Below, one piece after another: positions 22,801-37,800 of a stretch of DNA of 64,000 nt (position 1 is its first letter; every line of letters starts with the position of its first letter). The notes beneath the pieces were generated by a model. It saw nothing but the letters and a program-made list of their open reading frames with translations, did no database searches and was not told where the DNA came from. The position numbers and the translations under genes are program-made. The DNA comes from Perna viridis (taxonomy: Eukaryota). The stretch covers positions 32,236,885 to 32,300,884 of the forward strand of contig CM074513.1 of NCBI GenBank assembly GCA_037379345.1, read 5' to 3'.

Positions 22801-25800
22801 GAAAATGACAAATTTTGCAATAAAAAGGAGGGATGCCAACCTCCTTACCCATGGATCCGCCACTGTCATATCTTCAATATACAATATTCATGTACAAACA
22901 TGATGCAAAGTTCAAACAATAATTGTTCAATACCTTTTGAGTGACGCAAAGTATGTATCCGCTAAGTGTGATGGATGGAAGGATAGAGAAGAGCTGCAAC
23001 TAGACCAGCTTAAACTGTTGGTGACACGGGTAAAGAAGAGAAAATACAGTAAGATTTAATGCATACTTACTTAGCAATAGCAGCAAATGAATGACTGAAT
23101 GATTTGTTCCCAAGATGAAGGAGTGTTGATACAAAAACATCAATTCTCAAGGGATGATATGTAGGGTCAGCTAAAAGTGTAAAAAAAATAACCATATAAA
23201 TAATAAGACTTTTAGCCAGTTCTATATATAAAATAAAATGAGCCAGAAACTGTTTTTGTGATATACAAACATATACAATATATATATATATATATATGTA
23301 AACAAGTCTAAACTACACCCCAACTCTAGAGTCAATGCAAGTTGCAAATTTGCGATGCAAATTTGGTCGCTCCCTCAGCAGGATTCGAACCCCTTCTCTT
23401 CTCCGACATCTATGGCAACACCGCCTGCACTAAGTCCAACACTCTAGACCACTCAGCCAACTTGGCTATAAAATATAGCTTTCGTTAACCGAGTGATACT
23501 TCCTAGTAAGTAAATCTAGAGCGCAAATGTTAGCACATGATGTAACTGAACAGGACAACCTCTGAAGGTATCGAGTAAGACAATAGAGGATCTATAACAG
23601 TATACAAATACAGCCACACCAAGTATATAATACATATAAGAAGTCTAATGGGGTGAGGCAACTTTACCATCTTACTTGCTAGTACATTACTATGTAGATA
23701 CATAGCATGCACGGCGAGGATCAACATAGTATGTTAATACAAGGATGCATACATATATATAATCAAGTCTAAACTACACCCAACTCTATATATATCTGCC
23801 TGAGTGCATGAAATGACAGTTTGAGATAAAGGATACTACAGACACTGTGAGGTCAGCCTCATATCTTGACCTACACTTAAAAATTGATAGTAAAGGAAAA
23901 CTATTGACCAAACTTTATGACAAACGTGATGACTTTTCATTCAAAATTGTCAACTTTCCTTTCATCTGTGGCAACATCCCTTCAGTACCTGTGTATGGAG
24001 TGTTCATATCACAACTCATACATTATGCCAGAGCTTGCCGAGACTACACAGACTTTTTGTATTGCACTACAATTCTAACAAATAGGCTTCTGAAGCAGGG
24101 TAATGTTGCTACAAGATTGAAGTCATCACTACAAAAGTTTTATGGTCGTCATCATGAACTTATGGATCATCAGTTTTTAGTGGCTCATTTGCTTTTGTTA
24201 CTTTGTATGAATGATTTTAGTTACTTTATGTTCTTTGTTGTGTATGTATGTTTTCCATGTCTGGTCTTTATCCCTAGATTACATTCAAAGATTTAAATAA
24301 ATAAATACTTAATATCTTAATATAATGCATTTATACACTTCATGTATATATAAAAAAATGTTTTAAATAAACAGAAATCTTACTTTCATCATCTTCCTTA
24401 AGGGGATTGGGCAGATCTTTGAGTATGACCATAGTTTCCTCTGGTGTACACTTTGATTTGATGGCCTGTATCAGCTGATGAGCTGTCATAGTCCCTGGCA
24501 GGGAACCAGAACCTTCCTTCTCATACTTAAAATTGGACTGAGGTTTCTCTGGTATCAAGGAAGCAAAATCCTCAGGACATGTCTCCACAATTCTTTGATG
24601 GTATGATAATCTGGAAAAAACATACAAAAATCATTATCTTCATAAATTCCAATCATTTACACAATTGCTAAGACATTTCTTTCAAAAGGAGCCAATGAAT
24701 GTAGTTACTAGTTTATATTTTCTTGATATAAGATAAAAGCAGTGTGTAAGAAAAAACATAGACAATTTATCAGGGCATATAAATAAATCAGGTGAAAACT
24801 TTTGGTGAAATACATTGGCCTTTTATGTTTACATTTTAAAAGTAGTGAATAACATAGTTTACTTGGGTTGCACTAAAATTCTTGAAAGGTATAAACATAT
24901 GGAATTTATCAAATATTAATCTGATAAAATAAGAAGCATAATTTTAGACATTGTTCAAAGCAAAAGGTAGAACAGCATGAACAATCATGATTTAAAATTC
25001 CCCCCCATTACTGAACAATGTATATTTAAAAATAAAGAAAATTGTATGTGTCTTACAGATAGATATCGCATGTAAATGCCGTACTAACCTCATACATTTG
25101 ATTAATACTTCTTTGACAAACTTTGGTTTGGGTAATTCAGGATCCATCTGTAGGCATGAATTCCAATCATCCCAACTCCATCGAAATTGGAAATTACTCA
25201 AATGATATGCAAACCAGTTTGCAAATCTGAAAAAATAATTTATGCATAAATGCTGCCCCACACATATAATGTTTTGCATGTTTTTTGGGGGATCAACACA
25301 CGCGCGCCCCCCCCCCCCCACTAGTACAAAAGCCCCCCATGAGAAATTATTTCATCAATTATGAATAATATTTCTATTAGTACTAAAAGTGTAAAATTGA
25401 AATTTTATTTCTAAATTGTTAACATTTTAACCTTTTGTTTCTTTTTTTAAGAAAATATTTTATCAATAAAATGATAACAGTTGTCAAATATACACTCTTT
25501 AAAAAGGAAATATATCTAAAAATAGTCATTTTGTTTTCTTTTTCAAAAACTGTATTACTGACAGCTTTCCTTATTTCATTGATGAAATTTCAAATGATTC
25601 TGGTAATAAGAAATACAATATCAAATATAAGTACACCCTTGAAAGCAAATACACAGAAATTGAACCATTTTAATACAAACAAAAACTTCCTAAATAAACT
25701 AAACAGAATTAAAAATTACACAACAAAAAAGACAAACATAAGTTAAATGCAATACCAATATAAAAAGAACAGTCAAAACAAAAGAAAAAAAAATACACAA

Positions 25801-28800
25801 AATAATACCAAACAAACAAAAATATCATATAAATATATATTTTTACATTATGGGGGCTTTTGTCTGGGAGGCTTTTATCAAGGGGCTTTTGTCTGGGGTG
25901 GGGGTGGGGCTTTTATCCAGGGGCTTTTGTCTGAGGGGCTTTTTCTGGGGGGCTTATGTCCTAGACCCTTTTTTTTATTAAAACAATGCAGACCTAAAAT
26001 GTCATATTTCTCAAATACATGCAAGGGTAGAAGGCAAATCCACAATACTATATAAAAGCATTTCTATCATCTGATACCAGAATGCATTACTCATTTTCAA
26101 AACATAATAAAATGCCTTGCTGTGTGCAGCTTGATATGACTGCATAGGTCAAACCCTGAATACTTGGGCAAGTATGGACACACCAACTAGCTTGATACAG
26201 CTCTGAATTTAATTCTGATTTTAAAAAAATGACACTGAATAAGACTATAAGACTTTCACAGGATCAAAGTGGCTCCTTTTTGGCCAATGATATCAATGAT
26301 TTCAGTTACAAGCCTCAAAATCAATCAAAGCTTTCCTTCACAAGTATAACACTTTGTCGTACAAAGTCACAGAGATCCATTCACTGTAAGTCAAGTTAAT
26401 GTTTAGATAGCATGAAAATGCTTGTTTCTGACCCTTTTTGGCACCTAATTCCTATAATGTGGAAAAAAATCAACCCAAGCCTTCCTTTTGTGTTATGCCT
26501 AGCACTTTTTGGTTAATTTCATAAAGATCCATACTTATACTCAAGTTATTTTCTGGAAATCAAACTGCATGGATGCCAGACAACGACAACACTGACAACA
26601 ATGACACTAACAATAACAGCATAATACCATAATAAGACCACATTTTTTTTGGGGGTGTATAAAAAATATTATTTTACCTTTCTATACAAGTTAAATTCAT
26701 TGTATCCAATCTTTCAAACAGAATTTCTGTTGCCTGTGCCAGCTGTAAATGTTAAGAAAAAGTGCAGCAAATTTGATTCTTACTGTTCTATCTAAATCAC
26801 AAATATATGTACAGTGTACCAAAGATTGAGTAATTTAACAATTATTTTTGACTTTGCATACAACAATAAAAAAAAAAGTCTGTAGTTAAATTTCTTTTCA
26901 GTTCAGTATAAGGTATTCTCTTAATCCAAAGGATGAAATTTTATCTTGAAGACAAAAATTTTGTTTTTGTATTTTTTTGATAAATTAGTTTTTTTACAAT
27001 TATACTCAAAGCCTATGGTTAAACTACTTTACATCTCATCCAATGATTCACAACCAGTCTTTATCTTATAAGCTTTCAATTTTTCTTCAAAGGCCTAATT
27101 CACACAAAAAATTTGTATGGACTGTTGTGGATTATTTAGACAGAATTTGGTGCCTGTGGAAAGGTCAATTGACCAGTAGTCGTGTATAAAGTATATGCAG
27201 TCTTTAGTTAGTATAGCCACATAATTAGCTTAGCTGTAGCCTCAATTTATATGATGTCTGAACTGAACTGGGTCATTATGCACCATAGGAAAAGACATTA
27301 AAACTTGCAGAGGTAATTTCACTTTTAGCCAGGGTGTGCCTCTGAGAAGTCATGATTTAATTATGATGTTAGAAATTTCATGAGAGAGTCATTTTTGGCA
27401 TGAAGCTAGGACCTAGGAAAAAAAGTAATGGTAAAAATTTCATCCAGTATAAATTGTAATTTAAAAAAAAAACTATTGGTCAAATTCCAAACCGATTCTT
27501 CCGCCAAGTGCCTTCAAGATTTTTCTTTTGTATAACTAGAAAGGCTGAGGAGTTCCGATTGAACAATCTTTTGTCATCACCATTCAACTTAAAATGCCTA
27601 GAACCCTAAAAGAATTATGCCAACTTTTATTAAATTTAGTTGCAATTGGTTTTAGAGAATAATACACATGAAAAATGAGAAAAAAATCTGTTTCAGGGGC
27701 CATAACTCCTTTAACAGGCAACAAAACATTTTGAAAATTTCAACAAAGACCCATCTTCTGATGGTGAACAGTAATAATCTCAATCAAAATTTTGCTAAAT
27801 CCAATGGTTTTTGAGTTATTTGCAAAAAAAAACTGTATTTTGACCCCAATATTCTATTTTTAGTAACTGCGGCCAAGTTTTTTCACCGATCAAAATTCCA
27901 AATGGTCAAATTATGAAGAATACCCTAAAAAACAGTATTACCAACTTTCATTTAACTTCGTACAGTAGTTTCTGTGGAGAAGATTTTTTAAAGTAAAAAC
28001 AGAAAAAAAACAGAAAAAAAACCATCCAAAAAGGACAATAACTCCAACATAGGTTAACAGATTATCGTCAAAATTTGAACAAAGATAGATCTCATTATGC
28101 TGAACAATGTTATCTATGTTAGAATTTGGTGAAACATAACGGTTTTGGAGCTATAAGAGAAAAACTATTCTCTGACTCTTATCTTCTATATTTAGTAACG
28201 GCAACCATGTTTTTCAACTGATCAAAAACCAAATAATCATTAAATGCAGGATACCCTAAGGAACAATCATGCTAAATTTCATCCAAATCCATTCAGCAGT
28301 TTCAGAGGAGAAGAAGTCTGAAAAATTGTTAATGACGACAACGAACACCAAGTGATGGAAATAGCTCACACTGCCTTAGGCCAGATGAACTGATCATTAA
28401 TTGGATTACTAATTGGTAAATGTGTGTGTCTCATCCATTTATAAACTTAAAACTTTCAGTGGCTGTGAGAGCTAATAATTAAATGGATTACTAGTTAGAA
28501 AATGAGTGTCTCATTCATTTATAAACTTAAGACTGTGAGTTAGTCTCAGTCATAAGAATGATATTGATGTAAAAAGTATTAACTGAATGTATAAACATGT
28601 ACTCTAGCAGCACATTGAATAAGCTTTAGTAGTTAATCTGTGTGTCAGATTTCACTTTGCCAAAGTGCCAAAGTACAATGTCTTTGGTTGTGACTGGGCC
28701 CCAAGTGACTCATTTACTGCCCATATATTGGTGCATATCATGAAAGGATACAACTTGTGGCATTGAGCCTGGCTGTAGTTTACACAGCTCAATAAATGTA

Positions 28801-31800
28801 GAACCAAAAAATATCTCTAGTTTAGGATATCTTGGTAACAGGAACAGCTGTCCAAACATAACCTGAAGCAATAGATCAAAAAATAATACAAATTAGAAAT
28901 AAGTTACTGTAGATACATTCCTAACTAAATGCAAAATACTTTTAAGATCTAAGCATTATTTATATGAGTTGTGCAATATTTTAGGTTCTCATGATATGTT
29001 TCAGTCATGATGTTGTAAAGATGCAAATTTATACATCAAGGTAACAAAGATGTTTCAAGTGACTGAAAATAATTACTTGTCTACCAAAACTTGTTTCAGG
29101 TGTACAGGTAAGGATTTTTATTTAGGTAATATGGTTAAAAGTGTTTCTCCAGTCACGAGAAAATTTGAATTTTAAACATGCAAGCTATGGTGAGCATTTT
29201 TGAACATGGCATGAACAATATATCTATCCAGATCTGAGACTAACTTCAGAAAATCTCTTAACAGAAATTTAAGTGTGTAAGTATCAGACAATGACTGAAA
29301 AGGGATAAAACACTACTTTGAAAATGTAATTCATAATTTGTACTGACAGATTTACCATAAGAATATGGTCAATATAAGTACTGGGGTCCATTATAAATGA
29401 AAATGTACCATTAAATTGGTTAATTTATGATATGCTTATTATAATTCAAATTTAATCTCTGCCTGGAGGTTTAACAAGACCATGAGAAATATTAGGGTAA
29501 ACAATGATATGATTCCTACCTCAACAATCATGTAGTTGATAGGAACTTTACTCTTCGCATGGAAACTGAGTAATGTGGCTGCACTGAAATCAAAGTATAT
29601 TACATTTGATGTAAATAACAAAAATTAGGTAGGTAAGTATTATTGTTCACTTATCTTCAATTAATACATACATGTGTGTTGCATCAATAAGTAATTTATA
29701 CATTTTGTCATTGGTGAAAATAACATTTATTATTGGGATTAACAGATGTCAATACACAAAGTATGTTCCACTTTGCATTTGCTTCAATAATATTTAGTAC
29801 TCTTGTTCTGCAAGTTCTTTTCTAATTAAACAGCAATCCAGCTAATAATCATGCATAATGTGATTTAGGGGTAAAAAGCCTACATATTTTTATTTTTGAT
29901 ATTTTGTTTGAATTGCAATACATGTAGTAAACATAAATTAACATTGAGTTTTTCACATAACCTGTGTTCTTAGGAGATAAAAATAATGAGAACGCACTGT
30001 AGATTTCTAAATTAAGGGAGATAACTCTGTAAATAACACTCAAATACAGACAAACCTTGTTAAGTCGAAGGAACCATGCAAAAATGTTCAAGTTATCCGA
30101 TGTCGAGGATAAACTGGAAATACTAGTAGTTTGGTCAATGATTGTTTCTGCATTTATATCATTTGTCATGCGTGTACATGTACATGTACTTCACGTTACA
30201 TGGTACTTCATTATGTCTTACCTTTCATATCAGAAGATATTTTTTTGTATGTTGTATAGTGTTCTAGCTAGAATTTGAAAATAGAGGGGCACTGGGAAGA
30301 GGGCACTTTAACACGTAGCATGTTTTTTCTCAACAAAAAAGGGACATTGATTTTCAATTTGTATTCTTATTGCTTACCTGCCAACTTTTGAAAATGAAGG
30401 TTGTATCATTATTTGCAAACTGAGTAAATTTGACTGCATGATTAACGTATGCACGACACCCTTATTGTATTGAAAGACCTTTCTCAGATGACCAAGTGCT
30501 TTTAGAAAACAGATACGTCTTATATAACACATGTAAATAGAACTTCTATTAATTCAATTTCAGTATGATCAGAATACTTGTCAGTGTTTACGTAGTGAGG
30601 CAATATGTTTACAGATGGTGGTGATATGGGCAAGTGATTCTTTACATTTCTGACATGCTATGAGGTGAAATGTTGCATGAAATGTTACAAATATTCCATA
30701 TTGTTCCAATTAAATATCAAAATCTTAAGTAAGTAGAAGAAATATTATTTCCTATAACTATCATCAATCATCTTAAAGTCGAATGGAAACAATTTAATAG
30801 TCATGGAAAGCATTTAACTATTATAAAATATCCACGGATTAAATTTAATATTAATTATTCTCCAGTGGAAAGTATTTCACACAGGATACTATTGGAAGTT
30901 ACATACGACAGCACCACATTTTTGGTAGTTGTGTCTCAGGCTCTTTATATTTAGTCTAAGAAGATATGTGATTAGTGAAACATACCAATCTTTTCTATCA
31001 TAAGAATGTGCACAGACAATTCTCCTGAGTTGTTCCTCAATAAGGTACCTCTCAATAGCATGGCTTCCTGGTAAACAGGGTCCCTAAAAGTAATTGATCA
31101 TAACTGAACTAATGTATGACACATGATCTTTCCAATTTATCATTTCACAATGCAACAAGTAGTTTTTAATAGTTTATAGTTGATTTTAACAGAAAAATGT
31201 ATCAAATGCAAATTATACATTGATTAATGTCAAGTACAATGTAATGTTGATGTAATTTACTTCAAGGCATTTAGTTATAAATTATGTTTTCTACAAGATC
31301 TTGGGACATTTTCCTTTCCTTGAAAACAACACCTACCTCAGGTACATCTGTGTAATCAAACATCCTGAAGACAATTCTTGGTAAAGGGTAGCTCATCTCA
31401 TCATTGTGTGAGGGAGGGATGATCTGTGGTAGTGTATGTTGGAGAGCTTCACATAACACACCATCAAAAGCAAGGTATGGTCTTGTTATCTGTTTTTCTG
31501 CCCATTTAGCTGCTCTAAGATTATTGATTTGGGACCATAGACAGTCTAAATACTGTAATTAGAACAACACAATGCCAAACTTTTAAAATAATTTTTCCTA
31601 TTCCCGTCATCTAAAATTGTTTGGGAAGGAAAACATAATGTCAGGAACTGGAAGGGCTGTAAGAAATATTGAAAAAGAGAAATGTACATAAACTGGATTG
31701 ACTTAAGTGAGGTTGAAAAATCAGGAGGCAACGATTTTCCTCAGCGAAGCCTCATTAAAAAATGATTAATCCTTAACATCAGGATCTGAGATTTTCTTTC

Positions 31801-34800
31801 TTGTACTCACACTGGTGTTGGGTTCTCTACAGAACATGGCCTGGTTTCAATAAACAAAATCTCAAGTTGAGAATTTCCTCAAATTCTGAGATTTTCCTGA
31901 AATCTCCCTTTTCAAGTGATCTGATTGGTTGAAATTGGAGTTGACGAAGGGTTTAAGGAAAATCTCAATTTGAGATTTTTTATGGAATGGGCACAGTCCT
32001 CTTAATAGTGATCATTGTAGGCAAGTATAACTGTGATCAACAAGTCTTAATGTAACAATCTTTATTAACTATAGCTAACTGAAAAGACAATAACATGGCA
32101 TCCAGATATAACTTATACATGTACCTCTTCTTGTGGATGAGGATCATCAGAGGTCCAAGCTCTCAATGTAGGGGCATGAATCTTCTGTCTCTTGCTATAA
32201 AATATTACAATATCATTCTAAAAACATATTTTGATATCAAGTACAACTAGAAGAAATGTATGTATATGACTCAGATGGCAGACGGTATGAAATTTACAAG
32301 TTTCAATTTGTTGCTCAAGCCAACTGGGCCCAGTGGTAAATAACTGCTTGATAAATATATATCCACAGGAAAAATTACACATATTTCTACTTAAGTCTTG
32401 GATGTTCATGTGTGACCAAACATAAATGTTGTAAACCCAGTACAATCCAGCATGCTGAAGCAGCATATCAAATTTAAAGCATTCCTAGAATTATCCAAAA
32501 ACGTCTGCTATTTTTTCTGGATATCTTTTATTTTGTGTACTTCTTAAATATATCTTTTGAGTTGAATCTTCCTAAGTATAAGGTTCTAATATGAAACAAA
32601 ATATGTATTCATTAAGCATTTTTGTAATTTGAAATTGATTTGCAAATTGGGTAAGCGATGAGTTATGCCTAATGCTGATGTGAAAAACATTACCTGAATA
32701 AAAGTTGAACATAATAAGAATACAAAACAATACCCACTCTTCAATCTGTGAGGAACAACAATTTTTTACAATCGGTACTGCCATTTTATCTTTTGTTGAA
32801 ACAGAGACATACTTACAAACCAATTACACAGAAGGCTACACAAACATACCTAATATAATTGTCAATTGATAAAATCATTTTCTGAAATTCTTGTTCCTTT
32901 TTTTCTTGAAGTTCTTTGCCAACCTAGTATGTAAAATAAAATGATAAAAGTTACACAAAAAATAAGCATTCATTTTATGGTAATCACAAAACTTTTGAAA
33001 AAAGGTATTATTTGTTTAATTTTAAATCAAATGCAGAAGGAATAAAATGCTTTGCTGGTTGCAACTTGATGTGACTGCAGAGGTTGAACCCTGAACAGGT
33101 AAAGAGTGGATTCACCATTCAAGCTCAATACATCATTAAAATCTGACAGCTATTAAATATTTTACACAAGATAAGAATTTGAACAGAATCAAATTGGTTC
33201 CACTAGAGTCCTTATTCATTAATGGTTCCAGTTACAACTCCCAAAAATAATTCCAGCCTGAATTTGTGGCACTTATTTACTTATTCAATGTGTTTACATT
33301 TAGTAACAAGCAGGATGACTGAGTTTGGTTAAAACTGATTTGTCCAGAAAAATTCTGAGAAGATAAAAACAATGAACATACTTTTTCTGTTTTATTTTAA
33401 ATAAATTTACTGCAGACAAGGTTTTGAATTCTTTTTATATACACTGTTATCACATGTTGGAAGGCAAGATAGAAAAGTTGAGTTATTAAATGTAAAGGCA
33501 AAGATACAATGTCTTTTAAAATGCTCTGTAATGGATAAGTGCTATCAAGATCCTGATTAACATAATTAATTTTACATACCCAAGGCAAAGATGCAATAAC
33601 AACATATATGTAAAAGTCTGACCGGACCTGAAAGAAATGTTGTATCATCATAATAACTGATTGCCAATACATTACATATTGTAAAGTAAAACATAAATGC
33701 AACACTTACGCTTCAATCAACACCAACTTTTCAGCCAAAAAAATGTATGAAATGTAAATGAATGAATTGTTAATCAGTCTTGTACATGTAACTTAACTTG
33801 GTGAAAAAAAACCTAAATAAGGCATTAGATGCTACATATAGAACAACATACAAAAATCTTTATGCCTACTATTTAAAAATTTTTTAAATTCATGTACCGG
33901 TACATAACAAATCTTATATGACTAACACTGATGTATAATAGACAATTGTTATAGTGCTTTTACAATCTTTAGATCTTGAACACAGAAATACATTTTGCAC
34001 GGTCTAATATAGAGAGAGAAATGAGCAAACACTTCTCTTTGTTTGTGCCCATTTCTCCCATTTTTCTTAGACAGGGAGAAGTTTTTGTAATAGATACCAT
34101 AGACAAAACTGTCAATATTGTTATCTTTAAAACAGAGTTTAACTAAATATCATTGAGATGGAATCCATATCTGTGGGCCCTGCTGAGGAAAAAATTCTGT
34201 ACATTAGCCATGCTTATATGATTGATTGATTGTTGGGGTTTAATGCCTGAGCAGCAATATTTCAGCTTTATCCAGGCTATTTTAAAAATTAAATTTATCA
34301 TGCAAAACTCATTACAGTCGAGACACAAACAGCTGTGCAAAAATCATTAGTTTTAACCTGGAAGTCAAAGTTAAAGGTCATTAGTCAGCAACTAGAGTAT
34401 GCAACACATCAACTTCAGGTGATCTACCACAAGAAAATATCAAAAACCTACATCGAAAGCCAAAAAAGTTACAGCCCTGATACAAGTTTGTCATAAAAAA
34501 ACAGAAATTTTCCTTGAAGAAAAAGTTCAAGGTGGAAGGCCACAATCCATTGTATTTGATTTGTATGTGACACATCATCTTTAGGTGATCTATCCACAAG
34601 CAAAATATCAAAACCCTACATCAAAAGACAAAAAAGTTACAGCCCAGACACAAGTTTTCAACAGACGCACAGACAGCCAGAGCGATCACTATAGGGCCAA
34701 CACCAGGCCCTAATAAAACTTCTCATTGTCATTAATGTCTAGATTAGGCCTTCACTGTTGTTGCTTTAAATCAATACAATTGCCATACCTGTGGTATATT

Positions 34801-37800
34801 ATCTTCAAGGGATACCTCTATGAAGTTATCAAACATTGCAAGTAGTGAACCTGCCACAATCACATGACAATTCACTAAATCTGCCAAAAAACGTACCTGA
34901 AAACATAAGGTAGCATTTGTAATTTTTTTTCTATTGTACTAATGGATGCCCTTATTTCCTGAAGTATTCATCTATCTTTATGGCACTATATTAATAGTTC
35001 AAATCAGATCACAGTATAAAGCGAAGATATCTTAAACTGCAATGCTAAATACAAATGATACATAAAAAAGAACATGTCTCAAACACAACAGGTAAAATCA
35101 TATCTACACTGTTCAATTTTAATAAGTAAATAAAAAGTAAAAAATTTGCAACAAAAAAAAAAAATACAATACATAAAATGAATAGGAAGAATATAATTTG
35201 ATGATTATCATTTATATAAACAACCACATCTTTTGTATGTATATTCACTTACAATCAACAGAGCATTATCATATTCCCCAGTCTTCAGCGCTTCTTTTAA
35301 ATGTCTTACAAGCAATTCTGTAAACTAAAATAAAAATGGCTAAAAATGAGATGAAATAGTCATACACAGGAACCTGTAAAAGATTTCATCAACAATGACA
35401 AGTAACTTTAATGTTTTATTGAAAAAGTTTGATTACAAAAAAATGTAAATATTTGCAGAAAAGCTAATTTTTCTGTAAGGGAAATCTTTAAAAATACTAC
35501 AGTATTTTTTTTGTTGTTTTGGTGTACACTGAAGCTTAGTTTAGGTGGGAATTTTCAGCTATAGCCCAATACAATTATGTAAGTCCCAACATTTTGATCT
35601 ATGGGACCAACTGTCATTTGGTAGATGTTATAAAATGAATAGAAACACAGTTTGCTAGATAAATCCCCACTCATAGAAAAATGTAGTTGATATTAAACAG
35701 CAACTAAAACTGCCAACATTGTATGCCCTATCTATACAAAACAACATACCAAACCTCAAACTAATTGCAATGAAATTAGGTCAAATATACACAGTGATTC
35801 TAATATACCGGTACCACCCACTTTTTAATGTGGTTATAATAATAGACTGACAGTATTTGCTAAATGACCCATCTTTATCTTGGTTCAAAAGACATTGACA
35901 CTTTTGGTTTAGATCCAATGAGATCTTGACAGTTGTTCCTGGGAGCATAAGTACTCACTTCTCCACCACAGTTGTAGTTTTTGGCATTCAGGAGCCCAAC
36001 TAATGTAGTGTACACTGCCATCTTCTCCGGTAATGCTGTTACACTGAATATAAAATACAATTTTCATTACTTAACCAACCCCCACAAAAATGAAATAACT
36101 TTCATTTATGAGTTTCTTGTAAAAAGTTTCTAGATTTTCAGTACCATTCATTTGGAGGGTCTCTGTGCAAGTTCTACACATATGACCCACTTTGTCTTAT
36201 GGTATAAAAGTGCTTTTCAATAAGGATTTCTTAATCAGATGATGATATGAACTGTCTAGAACAATGTTATTTAATGTTCACAATGTAGCAAATAAGAAGC
36301 TGCTGTTCATTGTAAAACTTGCTCAAATATAATAAAATGCTTTGTGGGATGCAGCTCAAAATGACCATAGCAGTTCATGCTTGAAACAGATTGTTTTATT
36401 GTTTTTCCTTTTTTTTATTACTTTTTACTTACTTAATTCTTTTTCTCCTGAGGGAGAATAGGACTGTATTTTTTTATTACAGTAAGACATTTGACACAGA
36501 ATAAGTCTTTGACCAAACACAAGACCCCAAAAATCAATCCCAGTCTTCTAGGGCCAAAAAAAATTCAAGTCCTTCTTTGGTAGTATGGCACCTCATGGTA
36601 CAATTTGAAAAAAAAGTCCAATTATTTATTGTCAAGTAATTGTCAACACATAAGGAAAATGCTTGTTTCTGGCCCCTTTTTGGCCCTCCTTATTCATAAG
36701 CATTGCAAGTCTTAGCCCCCCCAAAATCAATCCTAGTCTGCTTTTTGTGGTATAAAATGTTATTGAGTAATATCATAAGACTTCCATTTGCTCATGCTGG
36801 AGTTATTTACTATTTAAGTTCTATGAAATGCTGGCTTTTGGTCCCTTTTTGACCTTTTTTCCCAAAACTTTAACAGATGGGCCATAACCCTAAAAATCCA
36901 ATCAGAACTCCTCAGCCTTTCTAGTTACAAAAAAAGAAAAACCTCAGAGGCACTAGGTGGAATCTGTGTGATCTGGTTCTAAAATTATAGTTTTACTGGT
37001 TGAAATTTTTACCATTACTTTTTTCCCTAGCTCCTCACTTCACGCCAAATTTCTTGACAGAGTTATTGTTCTTTAATTGTAGTGATATCTAACCAATTTC
37101 TTAACACCACCTGGTTGATAGAACTACTTTAAGTCACTTATGCAAATTTAAAGGAAGAATTTCTCCTTTCTGCATCTGAGGTTATTTTTTAGTGTAGGGG
37201 AAAAGGCTTAGTAGTTCCCTAAAATCAATACCAACCATCCTTTTGCAATTTGGAACCTTGTTACAAAATTTTATAAAGATCAACCTACTAATATACATGC
37301 TATCACACAAAAACTAAATGTCAACAGAGCACAACCATTTTCCAACACAATTTATTTGCAGTAGTACAAAAACTAAACATACAATTTTTATGTCAGGAGT
37401 CATTGCTTGGGTTGATTTCTGAAGGAACTTTTTTAAACTTCTTTCATCTATTAAATGATCTTCAAAAACAATTTGTTCTCCTAGTCAAGATTTTACTTCA
37501 GCATAAAATTGTAAGCATGATTCAGCATTCTTGCATAGATGGTTTTTTTTAAAGATTTCATTGAAACTCTTACACTATAATTGTTAATTCATGTCCATGA
37601 GCACACTGAGATTTTTGGAGCAATTTAAAATTATACTTGTTGAAAAATACCTACCATTCTACCAAAATTTTAAGAATTTTTGTTTTGTAGTTCTGTAAAT
37701 CTGCTTCTAGAACACTAGCTAATCCTTCTAAATTACTTTCCAGTGATGATGTACTCTGAAATTATCAAATGTGATCACATTTAAATTCCATATGACTGTT

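Noticed and set aside
23369-23466. Functional tRNA-Leu/Ser gene
   Set aside because: A and B boxes are present, but acceptor and anticodon stems do not pair and the spacing is too long.
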